DNA from: Nemertoderma westbladi
Lineage: Eukaryota > Animalia > Xenacoelomorpha
Length of the DNA: 64,000 nt
Assembly: GCA_032718475.1 (NCBI GenBank)
Contig: JAUCBJ010001066.1
Location: forward strand, 1 to 64,000
Reading direction: 5' to 3'
The stretch's first letter is position 1; each line of letters opens with the position of its first letter. The notes below the pieces were generated by a model. The model worked only from the letters and a program-made list of their open reading frames with translations. It did no database searches and had not been told where the DNA came from. The translations under genes and the position numbers were made by a program. Positions 24,813 to 36,442 of the stretch are shown piece after piece.

Positions 24813-27800
24813 GTTAGTAGTGCGTCCATGGACTCCCCGCGGTTAGTAGTGCGTCCATGGACTCCCCGCGGTTAGTAGTGCGTCCATGGACTCCCCGCGG
24901 TTAGTAGTGCGTCCATGGACCCCCCGCGGTTAGTAGTGCGTCCATGGACCCCCCGCGGTTAGTAGTGCGTCCATTGACCCCCCGCGGTTAGTAGTGCGTC
25001 CATGGACCCCCCGCGGTTAGTAGTGCGTCCATGGACCCCCCGCGGTTAGTAGTGCGTCCATGGACCCCCGCGGTTAGTAGTGCGTCCATGGACCCCGCGC
25101 GGTTAGTAGTGCGTCCATGGACCCCCGCGGTTAGTAGTGCGTCCATGGACCCCCGCGGTTAGTAGTGCGTCCATGGACCCCCCGCGGTTAGTAGTGCGTC
25201 CATGGACCCCCCGCGGATAGTAGTGCGTCCATGGACTCCCCGCGGTTAGTAGTGCGCCCATGGACCCCCGCGGTTAGTAGTGCGTCCATGGACCCCCGCG
25301 GTTAGTAGTGCGTCCATGGACCCCCGCGGTTAGTAGTGCGTCCATGGACCCCCCGCGGTTAGTAGTGCGTCCATGGACCCCCCGCGGTTAGTAGTGCGTG
25401 CATGGACCCCCCGCGGTTAGTAGTGCGTCCATGGACTCCCCGCGGTTAGTAGTGCGTCCATGGACCCCCCGCGGTTAGTAGTGCGTGCATGGACCCCCCG
25501 CGGTTAGTAGTGCGTCCATGGACTCCCCGCGGTTAGTAGTGCGCCCATGGACCCCCGCGGTTAGTAGTGCGTCCATGGACTCCCCGCGGTTAGTAGTGCG
25601 TCCATGGACCCCCCGCGGTTAGTAGTGCGTCCATGGACTCCCCGCGGTTAGTAGTGCGTCCATGGACCCCCGCGGTTAGTAGTGCGTCCATGGACCCCGC
25701 GCGGTTAGTAGTGCGTCCATGGACCCCCGCGGTTAGTAGTGCGTCCATGGACCCCCGCGGTTAGTAGTGCGTCCATGGACCCCCCGCGGTTAGTAGTGCG
25801 TCCATGGACCCCCCGCGGTTAGTAGTGCGTCCATGGACTCCCCGCGGTTAGTAGTGCGCCCATGGACCCCCGCGGTTAGTAGTGCGTCCATGGACCCCCC
25901 GCGGTTAGTAGTGCGTCCATGGACCCCCGCGGTTAGTAGTGCGTCCATGGACCCCCCGCGGTTAGTAGTGCGTGCATGGACCCCCCGCGGTTAGTAGTGC
26001 GTCCATGGACTCCCCGCGGTTAGTAGTGCGTCCATGGACCCCCCGCGGTTAGTAGTGCGTCCATGGACCCCCCGCGGTTAGTAGTGCGTCCATGGACCCC
26101 CCGCGGTTAGTAGTGCGTCCATGGACCCCCGCGGTTAGTAGTGCTTCCATGGACCCCCCGCGGTTAGTAGTGCGTCCATGGACCCCCCGCGGTTAGTAGT
26201 GCGTCCATGGACTCCCCGCGGTTAGTAGTGCGTCCATGGACTCCCCGCGGTTAGTAGTGCGTCCATGGACCCCCCGCGGTTAGTAGTGCGTCCATGGACC
26301 CCCGCGGTTAGTAGTGCGTCCATGGACTCCCCGCGGTTAGTAGTGCGTCCATGGACTCCCCGCGGTTAGTAGTGCGTCCATGGATCCCTTGCGGTTAGTA
26401 GTGCGTCCATGGACTCCCCGCGGTTAGTAGTGCGTCCATGGACTCCCCGCGGTTAGTAGTGCGTCCATGGACTACCCGCGGTTAGTAGTGCGTCCATGGA
26501 CCCCCCGCGGTTAGTAGTGCGTCCATGGACTCCCCGCGGTTAGTAGTGCGTCCATGGACTCCCCGCGGTTAGTAGTGCGTCCATGGACTCCCCGCGGTTA
26601 GTAGTGCGTCCATGGACCCCCCGCGGTTAGTAGTGCGTCCATGGACCCCCGCGGTTAGTAGTGCGTCCATGGACTCCCCGCGGTTAGTAGTGCGTCCATG
26701 GACTCCCCGCGGTTAGTAGTGCGTCCATGGATCCCTTGCGGTTAGTAGTGCGTCCATGGACTCCCCGCGGTTAGTAGTGCGTCCATGGACTCCCCGCGGT
26801 TAGTAGTGCGTCCATGGACTCCCCGCGGTTAGTAGTGCGTCCATGGACCCCCCGCGGTTAGTAGTGCGTCCATGGACTCCCCGCGGTTAGTAGTGCGTCC
26901 ATGGACCCCCGCGGTTAGTAGTGCGTCCATGGACTCCCCGCGGCTAGTAGTGCGTCCATGGACTCCCCGCGGTTAGTAGTGCGTCCATGGACTCCCCGCG
27001 GTTAGTAGTGCGTCCATGGACTCCCCGCGGTTAGTAGTGCGTCCATGGCCCCCCGCGGTTAGTAGTGCGTCCATGGACTCCCCGCGGTTAGTAGTGCGTC
27101 CATGGATCCCTTGCGGTTAGTAGTGCGTCCATGGACTCCCCGCGGTTAGTAGTGCGTCCATGGACTCCCCGCGGTTAGTAGTGCGTCCATGGACTCCCCG
27201 CGGTTAGTAGTGCGTCCATGGACCCCCCGCGGTTAGTAGTGCGTCCATGGACTCCCCGCGGTTAGTAGTGCGTCCATGGACCCCCGCGGTTAGTAGTGCG
27301 TCCATGGACTCCCCGCGGCTAGTAGTGCGTCCATGGACTCCCCGCGGTTAGTAGTGCGTCCATGGACTCCCCGCGGTTAGTAGTGCGTCCATGGACTCCC
27401 CGCGGTTAGTAGTGCGTCCATGGCCCCCCGCGGTTAGTAGTGCGTCCATGGACTCCCCGCGGTTAGTAGTGCGTCCATGGACCCCCGCGGTTAGTAGTGC
27501 GTCCATGGACTCCCCGCGGTTAGTAGTGCGTCCATGGACTCCCCGCGGTTAGTAGTGCGTCCATGGACTCCCCGCGGTTAGTAGTGCGTCCATGGACTCC
27601 CCGCGGTTAGTAGTGCGTCCATGGACTCCCCGCGGTTAGTAGTGCGTCCATGGACTCCCCGCGGTTAGTAGTGCGTCCATGGACTCCCCGCGGTTAGTAG
27701 TGCGTCCATGGACCCCCGCGGTTAGTAGTGCGTCCATGGACTCCCCGCGGTTAGTAGTGCGTCCATGGACTCCCCGCGGTTAGTAGTGCGTCCATGGACT

Positions 27801-28911
27801 CCCCGCGGTTAGTAGTGCGTCCATGGACTCCCCGCGGTTAGTAGTGCGTCCATGGACTCCCCGCGGTTAGTAGTGCGTCCATGGACTCCCCGCGGTTAGT
27901 AGTGCGTCCATGGACTCCCCGCGGTTAGTAGTGCGTCCATGGACTCCCCGCGGTTAGTAGTGCGTCCATGGACCCCCGTGGTTAGTAGTGCGTCCATGGA
28001 CTCCCCGCGGTTAGTAGTGCGTCCATGGACTCCCCGCGGTTAGTAGTGCGTCCATGGACCCCCGCGGTTAGTAGTGCGTCCATGGACTCCCCGCGGTTAG
28101 TAGTGCGTCCATGGACTCCCCGCGGTTAGTAGTGCGTCCATGGACTCCCCGCGGTTAGTAGTGCGTCCATGGACTCCCCGCGGTTAGTAGTGCGTCCATG
28201 GACTCCCCGCGGTTAGTAGTGCGTCCATGGTCTCCCCGCGGTTAGTAGTGCGTCCATGGACTCCCCGCGGTTAGTAGTGCGTCCATGGACTCCCCGCGGT
28301 TAGTAGTGCGTCCATGGACTCCCCGCGGTTAGTAGTGCGTCCATGGACTCCCCGCGGTTAGTAGTGCGTCCATGGACTCCCCGCGGTTAGTAGTGCGTCC
28401 ATGGACCCCCGCGGTTAATAGTGCGTCCATGGACTCCCCGCGGTTAGTAGTGCGTCCATGGACTCCCCGCGGTTAGTAGTGCGTCCATGGACTCCCCGCG
28501 GTTAGTAGTGCGTCCATGGACCCCCCGCGGTTAGTAGTGCGTCCATGGACTCCCCGCGGTTAGTAGTGCGTCCATGGACCCCCCGCGGTTAGTAGTGCGT
28601 CCATGGGCCCCCCGCGGTTAGTAGTGCGTCCATGGACTCCCCGCGGTTAGTAGTGCGTCCATGGACTCCCCGCGGTTAGTAGTGCGTCCATGGACTCCCC
28701 GCGGTTAGTAGTGCGTCCATGGACCCCCCGCGGTTAGTAGTGCGTCCATGGACTCCCCGCGGTTAGTAGTGCGTCCATGGACCCCCCGCGGTTAGTAGTG
28801 CGTCCATGGACTCCCCGCGGTTAGTAGTGCGTCCATGGACCTCCCGCGGTTAGTAGTGCGTCCATGGACCCCCCGCGGTTAGTAGTGCGTCTATGGACCC
28901 CCGCGGTTAGT
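24790..28911 (+). repeat. 29-bp (28-bp variants) tandem array, ~143 copies, made from the ATG7 exon 2/intron 2 junction
   Basis: Unit AGTGCGTCCATGGACTCCCCGCG|GTTAGT. The first copy (24790-24818, AGTGCGTCCATGGATCCCTTACG|GTTAGT) is the last 23 coding nt plus intron +1 to +6. Confidence 0.97.
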
Positions 28912-28996
28912 TATGTATTTCTATAGCAGCGATTAGATGTTTATTTATCTGCCCCCTTAGCCTTTTTAATCCCCCCCCCCTCCCCCGCACCCACAG

Positions 28997-29202
28997 ATTG
29001 GCTGATTCCTCAGTGGATCTGAACCTCGAATTAATGAGATGGAGGATTCTACCTCAACTCCAATTGGACGTTGTAAAGGAGGCACGGTGTTTGTTGCTAG
29101 GCGCCGGTACACTTGGTTGTGCAGTCTCCCGTTGTCTCATTGGTTGGGGCGTAAAGAATATTACTTTAATAGATAATTCCCGCGTATCTTATTCCAACCC
29201 AG
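28997..29202 (+). CDS. ATG7: ATG7 coding exon 3
   Basis: Acceptor CCACAG|A completes CGA (Arg). Encodes [16 protein letters not shown]...[11 protein letters not shown] (nucleotide-binding GxGxxG)...VSYSNP. Donor CAG|GTAAAG, phase 1. Confidence 0.93.
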
Positions 29203-30328
29203 GTAAAGTGAATGGCAAAGAGATCTAGTTACTTACAGTGCGGATCAATATTCACGTTTTTAGAATTCTGTATTTTACAGTAATAGCCATTATTGGATAG
29301 TGGTCTGGCCATACCTAAAAGACTGATATTATTAATTACCATAGACCGATAATTAATTACCATTGGATGTGCACCGATATGAGGTTTTTTTCAAAATGTT
29401 CACTGAGAAAAGTTTCTAAACGGTTAGAAAAAATTTAGAAAAATTGAATTTTGTTTAGGAAACCAAAATAAGTTTCCCAATGGCATGAATGTATTGGGAA
29501 AGTGAGAAGCAGGCCATGAAATACTGATGTATTGTTGTTTTCTACTTTAGTTTTTCATGCGGTAAATCCAGCACCTATAATATATCGAAATATTGAACTA
29601 ATTAGTCGCACTTCCACTTGGTCCTTCTACTACAGTATGACCGACTGGTAACTGTACCTAAAAACCTAATTAACACCAGCCATTATTTTTCATAAGTTTC
29701 CTGGAAAATTGCGAAAGTGATACTCGAATTTTTTCATGTTATTCACCATTCTGATTCCACGAAACAGGTTGAAAAGAAATATGAATAAGTCCAAAATATG
29801 AATTCTGGCCTCGGCTACTAAGTTGCATCAAAAAATAATTTTTTAATAATTTAATTTCAATATAGTCCACCCACAATCAATGTTACACTTTAATTGTAAT
29901 TATTTGTTTGTATTTTGGGGCAGTAAGCATTACAAAATGCTTTAAATTCGAACCATTGCCACCGCCACCGCCACCACCTTAATGAAGCTAATTCGTACTA
30001 TTCGAAAATTCAAAAAAACGTTCGCTTTTCTTGAGATAATGTCCCGATGCATTTTCGGTTGTTTCCTCCGTGAGAGAGAACTACTGTATGTTCAATGAAA
30101 CAAAAACACACTTAGACTGTAACACAGTCTATATCAACATACTTAGAAACAATTCCGGTACCACAAATAAGTGTATTTCATTTCATTGTATTTCAACGTT
30201 AATTTATACAATCTAATCTATGGATGTTAAACACACATACAAGTGTATTTCATATTAAAGAAGTTGGTACAAATGAAGCTGATGGAGTTGGATCAGATTT
30301 GGAGATTCAAGGATTCGACTAGGGTGAA

Positions 30329-31480
30329 TGTTTGCGCTTTTAAGACCTTTGACAGTTTAACCTGCCAAATTAGGATGTCTTTTAGATGATATATATTCTT
30401 TAGCTTATGACGAGTATTTGATACACTACATTAGCCGAAGCCAGTCTATGCGCAATCATTCACCCGCTGGATATACCCGGGAGACTGAATTCGGAACTTA
30501 ATGATTGATGGTGTAAGCCTACCGTATTATTCGACTGATCGTAATATATAATCTCTGACAAATATTATTCACTTTCGGGAAATATTAACAGTTCCTTTAG
30601 GACGTGGCGCTCTAAATATGTAAACAGAGTTATGACTTAAACTAGACACAACGAAAAGGCTATAGATTCACGTATATGGCGCATTCTTTAGGAGATGCTT
30701 TGTTATCAGTTACAATCATACACAATGCTGCACAATACTGCACACTAATCTGCCGACCTTCACTAAATTTGGTCACGTATAAAGAGAGCAACATACAATT
30801 TATGTCGGGCATATGAAATAGCATTAGATTCACTTCAAACCACTTAACATAGGTCGCAATCGTTTATCTGTAACCGGTCTCTCTAACCTTTAGTATATCA
30901 AGAAGGTATTGATCAGTATTCCGATATAATATTTCATCAACCAATATAATGAATAACCGACAGTAAAAGCAGTAATATTAGTAATTTATGGATAGATATG
31001 GTATGTTAACTCGATTTGCATTGGTATGGTTAGATAACAGATATACGTTCTATAATTAAGCCTACTAATGTAAAGCTAAAGAATGCTGATATACGGAGGT
31101 GCCAAAAGCCGGTGTTCTTAGGCTCTGGGCAAAAACATAACACTGAACTACTGAGTTTCTGCATCCACCTCCAAAACAGAGACAAAAAACGCTCTGATTG
31201 GTCAACCGAACAACGAGAGAACAAAGAAACAAAGAAATGTCGACGTGGCAATATCAGCTGTTAGCCGTCGTCATGGTAGCGACACTGTTTTCAAGAGTAT
31301 CTAGCTTATCGCGTCACGAGATTACGGATTATGTCCTCTAAAGTACAAATACAGAAGAAATGGCTTTTATGTCCTCTAAAACACCAGTACAGCAAGGACA
31401 CGGCCTTTTTATGCCTGGTAAACCAACCACAGAGTACTTTACAGGGAAAATAACCGGCTAATTATGCAAAAGCTTTTACA
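30329..31480 (-). repeat. 3' LTR (1152 bp)
   Basis: TGTTTGCGCTTTTAAGACC...GCAAAAGCTTTTACA. By eye it differs from the other LTR by one 13-bp indel and about six substitutions. Confidence 0.93.
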
Positions 31481-34400
31481 CCGCTCCCAGAAAATGGGAT
31501 TTAAGTCTATAAAATATAACAAATCACAGTTTCTAAAATATAAAGATACTCTAAACAGTTAGTCTTTCTTACGCAGACGGCGTTTACGCAGTTTTTTGAG
31601 GCTAGCAAGAGTCCTTTTCTCTTTGGGGCGAGCCACTTTACTAGGAGGGCTATCAATCCTGGGTGAAGGGTGCAATATGATTGCATCAGAAAGTGTAGGA
31701 TTATGGTCGGGGTATCCGCCGTTTCGATATGCTTCTCCTCGAGCTGATTTTCCTCCGCTCGTAGCTGGATACGTTCATCCAAAAACTCTCGCAGAGAATG
31801 GGTTGTCTAAGTTTGATATCTTCTTAGAGATTCTGGATTTCACAATCGAACTGAGATAAAGACAATTCGTTTATCGCTTGGACTTACTGTTACAACTTAC
31901 GTTTATCTAAGCAAACGCCGGTTTCCTTTCTGATCTTTGTAGAATAGCGTTTAACTCGTTTGGTACAACGTTCTCCGCCACTTTGGTGACAGGTTATATC
32001 GTGTTAAGCCGGGACGATGGTAAGGGTTAAACGGCGACATTAAATGTCCGCGTCCCAATCCGGTTAGGTAGAATGGGCTAATATCTAGGAAGCCCACAAC
32101 TGGGGTGCCACCAACTAATTGTTCAGGTAACACTAGATCTTTGAGCAGTGAGTACAGCTCGGGAGGATCCGTCATACTAATAGGATCAAGAGTCTGAAGT
32201 CTCACTAGGGAATGAGGAGTTCTGATCGAGTATTCCGAAACTCTGATCATTGGTTTATTTAAGGATCGTCTGAGTCGAACGAGCGTAGGTGATACATCGA
32301 ACAAGTTTCGCCCGAAACTCCCGTAAGTATAGCGAGTAAAACCGTGTTTAAAGCAACGTCTCCGCGGATGTTTATGTCTTTCCGACTGTTGGTTGGGTCT
32401 TGGGCATTCATCGCAATAATACCAAAAACGCACGTCTTGTAGGGGAAACGCGAGTGATCTCTCTCCAGCCTACAATATTCCTCCATCCGTTCGAAGCTAT
32501 CCGGTACAACAGGTAGCGATCGATCGGCGGTAAGATACATCATAGTGGAATAGAGCCGTTCGAGTTCTACCATGCGGTCATGATGTATACCTTGAGGACA
32601 TCGAGTTTCTAGATTCTGCTGACTGGCAATATCGAGATAGGTCTCTCTCAAGAATTCCAGGTATTTGGTGGAGTCGCTGCATTTATCCGGCTCTTCGACA
32701 TCTGCACCTTCGAGTCGGTTTCGAATAGAATTTTCGTGTTCAAGTCTCAGTTTATCGTTCCGCTTCCGCTGGGTATGATATTTAAATAAACCACTTCCCT
32801 TTGGTGTCTACATCGTTCGTATCGTGTAGGTCGATAGGATGACCAGTAGTTAAGAAGTCCATATACGCACCATTACGATGCGTATAGCGAGCGGCGAATT
32901 TTCTACAGTCCAACCCACGCGCAAGTTGCTCCCGGGACATTGGCGGTTAGATATAACGACCATCGTCCTCCGTAGTAGTTGGACCAGCGTCGCCGCGTAT
33001 CAAGCTATCAACAAACGCCCGTAAAGGTAGAGTATATCGCTCCCTGATACCAAGATCATCATCTATCAACTCAATCATATCTGCTATATAAGTTTATCCA
33101 TATTATAATGAGTTTATATTTAGGCGAGCGGGCGTCGCTGCCTACCCCTCTCTGCCCCCGGACAGTGCGAGATCCTCAGCGCTGGTGTACTTTCGCCGAT
33201 GTGCCTATCGCCAACGTCGTAGCTGCACAACGACTACAACAACCAGCACGAGCCACTCCACCGTCCGTCCCAAAGGCTTAGATATACTTCAGGTTCTTAC
33301 TGGAGAGTTAGGGTTACTTTCACAATTGCGACTCGCTACTGTAAACACACCTTAGTAGTAACATTCACCTACAAACGCACAAATTCCACGTAACAGTCAC
33401 AAATGGTACACATTCTATCACACATTCGGGTCATTTGTCCGTTAGTCAAGTGCCTTCCAGAATGTCACGTTGTTATTATGTATCCTTGGATACTAGCGGT
33501 GCGCTATTTATTCCATATGCTATTCAATGAGCAAGCTTTTTATTGTTCTATTAACTCGCTTCTAATTCTAGCGTGGTTGTTGCTATGGTGACATTATGGA
33601 AAGCTAGCGGTAGAATTAGGGTAATTCCCATGCATACAGATCTGGGATGCTATTTAATAGTAAGTCTTTAATGGTCAATATCATCTTTATATATGATTTT
33701 ATGAATTTTATCGGCTATTGACTCTATATTGGAGATTCTCACACTCTAACACACTTAATAGGATGAATCTCCGCTCCCGTGATCTATTAATTAATGGGAT
33801 TTTGGGAATGTTATAAATTGCATAAAATTGCAATTTATTAAATTCATTAAAGTATGAATTTAAATTTATTCCCTGAAATTTTATTATTTGATAGTTAAAT
33901 TGACACAATTTGATTCCAGAGCATATCTGGGGACATATGATCCTTGATTCTATGAATTTGTCTTTTTAAGAGTATCGGTAAATGCTACGATATCTTAATC
34001 GACTAGAATGTTAAAGGATCTAAAATTTGACAGATTTTGTAAATATTAATAATTAATATTTAGGATGGGCACCAGTTTATTCCAGAACTTGTCTGGGGAC
34101 GTTAACCACTGATTCTAGAATTTTGTCTTTCAAGTATATCGGTGGGTGCCGCGATATCTTAATCGACTAGAATTGCAGATGGTCAAATGGTTTAACAGAT
34201 TTATTTTGCGTTATACGCTACTGTTAAAGGGACATCACACTACTATATGTATTATTTAATATACGGTATGAGAGCAATATCGCACGAGGCAATGTCAGTG
34301 AGAAGAGGCAAGTCGTTTCCAAGGTCTACCCAGAGCTTGGTTTAGCCGAGACACGAGGATCTGAACTTTGCATTCCTAATACTCTGCCTACCAATAATAC

Positions 34401-34721
34401 TTGAATATAGTAGTGGCTTTATTGTACTTTAATAAGTACGGACATTTCATCTTACTGTAGTTACGTATTCGTAATGTAATACGGGCAGCAAGGAAAGAGA
34501 AAAAGAATTATTTCTCGCCGTCGCACTAAATATAATATACAAGTAATTAAGTAATAAACACTAATATATTGCACTGATCTACTAAATAATCACTAAATAA
34601 CATTCTACTAAATAAAATTAAAGAAAACGATTATAATAAAATTACATAATAATACATACATCATATAAAATAATAAAAATAAATATAAAATAATATAGTC
34701 ACACACCCACTCCGTATGTTG

Positions 34722-36407
34722 TTACGTTATGGAGTCCCTAGATATTTGTTGGATTAGGGAGGTGGTCGTGGGAAGAGTATCTTGCCTTCCATAGTTTCCG
34801 GACAGTTTTCGGTCTCTTTCCGGTAAACATAAACGACCAGCTGGGCGATTGAGTGGTTGTGTTACTTTCTCCGCTCCCTTGGCCTGTCTAATCTTCGCCG
34901 GGTTAAGATGGGGAGGCCATTCATCTTCTTTACTTAGGAAGTCGGGTTCACCTAACCAGTCTGGAGTATCTGTAAGTTCTTGAGGAGTTGCTCCTCTGGA
35001 GGCGATGTCGGCTAGATTGATCGTCTCGGGGCAATGTCTCCATTGATCTTCATTGGAGTTGATGTCGTCATGACCTGAGGAGTATGGTGTTCCCTCAGTT
35101 GGGTCGTCAACTTCACTGCTCTCCACTTCCTGTTCACTTAATTGATATACCTGTTCTTTTGGTAATCTTTCCATAAGAGTTCTACGAGAAGGGCCAGTAA
35201 AGTACCAACCTACTCTAGTTCTTCCCGCATAAACTTGTAGAGGTTGCGGTTGAGCAGGCCGTTTCTCCAATGTCTCGAGCGCTTCATGCGCATTTTGACC
35301 GATGAGTATTTGGACTCCAGGATAATCGGTGTTGAATCTAGGTATTTCAAACTGCTGGGTGAAATCATCCTCATCCCAATTATAAAGGTCTGCTTGAGTA
35401 GTAGCGAAGTTCTTTATAGCCACCATTTTCACTGACCTTATGCTATGTTCTCCTAGTTCGTCCTGGGGGGTGGACAACGCACCTACATAATAATCCGCTG
35501 TTACTGTAGATTTCCAAACCTGCATAATCCCTGACATGTTTAGCTTAGTTCGGAACTTGGGTTGTCCAGCGAATATGTCTTCGGCTAGCTCTTTGTCGAT
35601 GAATGTTCCTGTACTACTGGAGTCAAGGAGGGCGTTCACTACATAACTCCTTTTTGGTCCGTGGACCCTTACCTGTACCACAGGAAATTCTCTAATCCCT
35701 ACATTGGAAGTTGGCGCTTTCCAAAATGGTGGTTGATCAGAAGTAGTTAGAGTGAGGTCACTTTCTGTATCTTTTTCATAAGTAAGTGCTCGATACACTG
35801 CGGTATTTGTTAGGTAACAGGATTCGTTTTCGTCGGAGAATTCGTCCGTATAGAATCCTTCCATCTCAGAATATTGGTCAGTGTCGTTCACATCACTGAA
35901 TTGGACATGTAGTTCGGACTCACTTACCTGACTCGGGCTGTTTCGTTCGAATTCCGTGTGCAACAAGATATGATGTTTTGCGCCGCACTTTGCACACCTT
36001 ACGTCGGAGTAACAGGTTCGCCGTTGGTGTCCTCGTCTGAGGCAATTATAACACAACCGCTTATCCCACATGACTTCACGTCTGTCCTTTAGTGATTTCC
36101 TCAGGAATTCATCACACGCACTTAAACGGTGGGGCCCGTCGCACAGCACACATTTGGGCTTGATGTTACTTACTTTAACATGTGCTGTGTGGTGCACGTT
36201 CGTTCTTTCCTCGGGCTTTCTCACCTGAATTCTCTTGGGAGACGTAGGAGGAGTTTTTCTTACCTGTTCTCTCCTGTCATTGGTTCGAGACTTGAATTTA
36301 CTTACCTGGTCTGTAGGCGTTTTATTGACATAATAAGATCTTTCAGTGTCTTTCCCGCTATCCTCTCCTTGAGAAGTCTGGCTTTCGCCGTCGTCTGTAT
36401 AACACAC
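34722..36407 (-). CDS. BEL/Pao gag zinc knuckles plus aspartic protease, fused to a short RNase H C-terminal remnant (RT and integrase deleted)
   Basis: CVLCDGPHRLSAC, CYNCLRRGHQRRTC and CAKCGAKHHILLH form the BEL triple knuckle. ALLDSSSTGTFI is the protease site. WRHCPETINLADIASRG..P..L is the end of the Pao RNase H region. No YxDD RT or integrase motifs. Confidence 0.85.
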   Translation of the reverse strand: MCYTDDGESQTSQGEDSGKDTERSYYVNKTPTDQVSKFKSRTNDRREQVRKTPPTSPKRIQVRKPEERTNVHHTAHVKVSNIKPKCVLCDGPHRLSACDEFLRKSLKDRREVMWDKRLCYNCLRRGHQRRTCYSDVRCAKCGAKHHILLHTEFERNSPSQVSESELHVQFSDVNDTDQYSEMEGFYTDEFSDENESCYLTNTAVYRALTYEKDTESDLTLTTSDQPPFWKAPTSNVGIREFPVVQVRVHGPKRSYVVNALLDSSSTGTFIDKELAEDIFAGQPKFRTKLNMSGIMQVWKSTVTADYYVGALSTPQDELGEHSIRSVKMVAIKNFATTQADLYNWDEDDFTQQFEIPRFNTDYPGVQILIGQNAHEALETLEKRPAQPQPLQVYAGRTRVGWYFTGPSRRTLMERLPKEQVYQLSEQEVESSEVDDPTEGTPYSSGHDDINSNEDQWRHCPETINLADIASRGATPQELTDTPDWLGEPDFLSKEDEWPPHLNPAKIRQAKGAEKVTQPLNRPAGRLCLPERDRKLSGNYGRQDTLPTTTSLIQQISRDSIT

Positions 36408-36442
36408 TGGTGTTATCCTTCTCCTAGAAACGGGTTTCTCAC

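Noticed and set aside
24790-28911. CRISPR array (29-bp repeats; also considered for 51099-52912 and 12713-13670)
   Set aside because: Units are head-to-tail with no unique spacers, there are no cas genes, and the context is a spliced eukaryotic gene.
31030-31251. 73-aa ORF duplicated at 48875-49096
   Set aside because: Lies within the LTRs, has a non-ATG start and no domain evidence.
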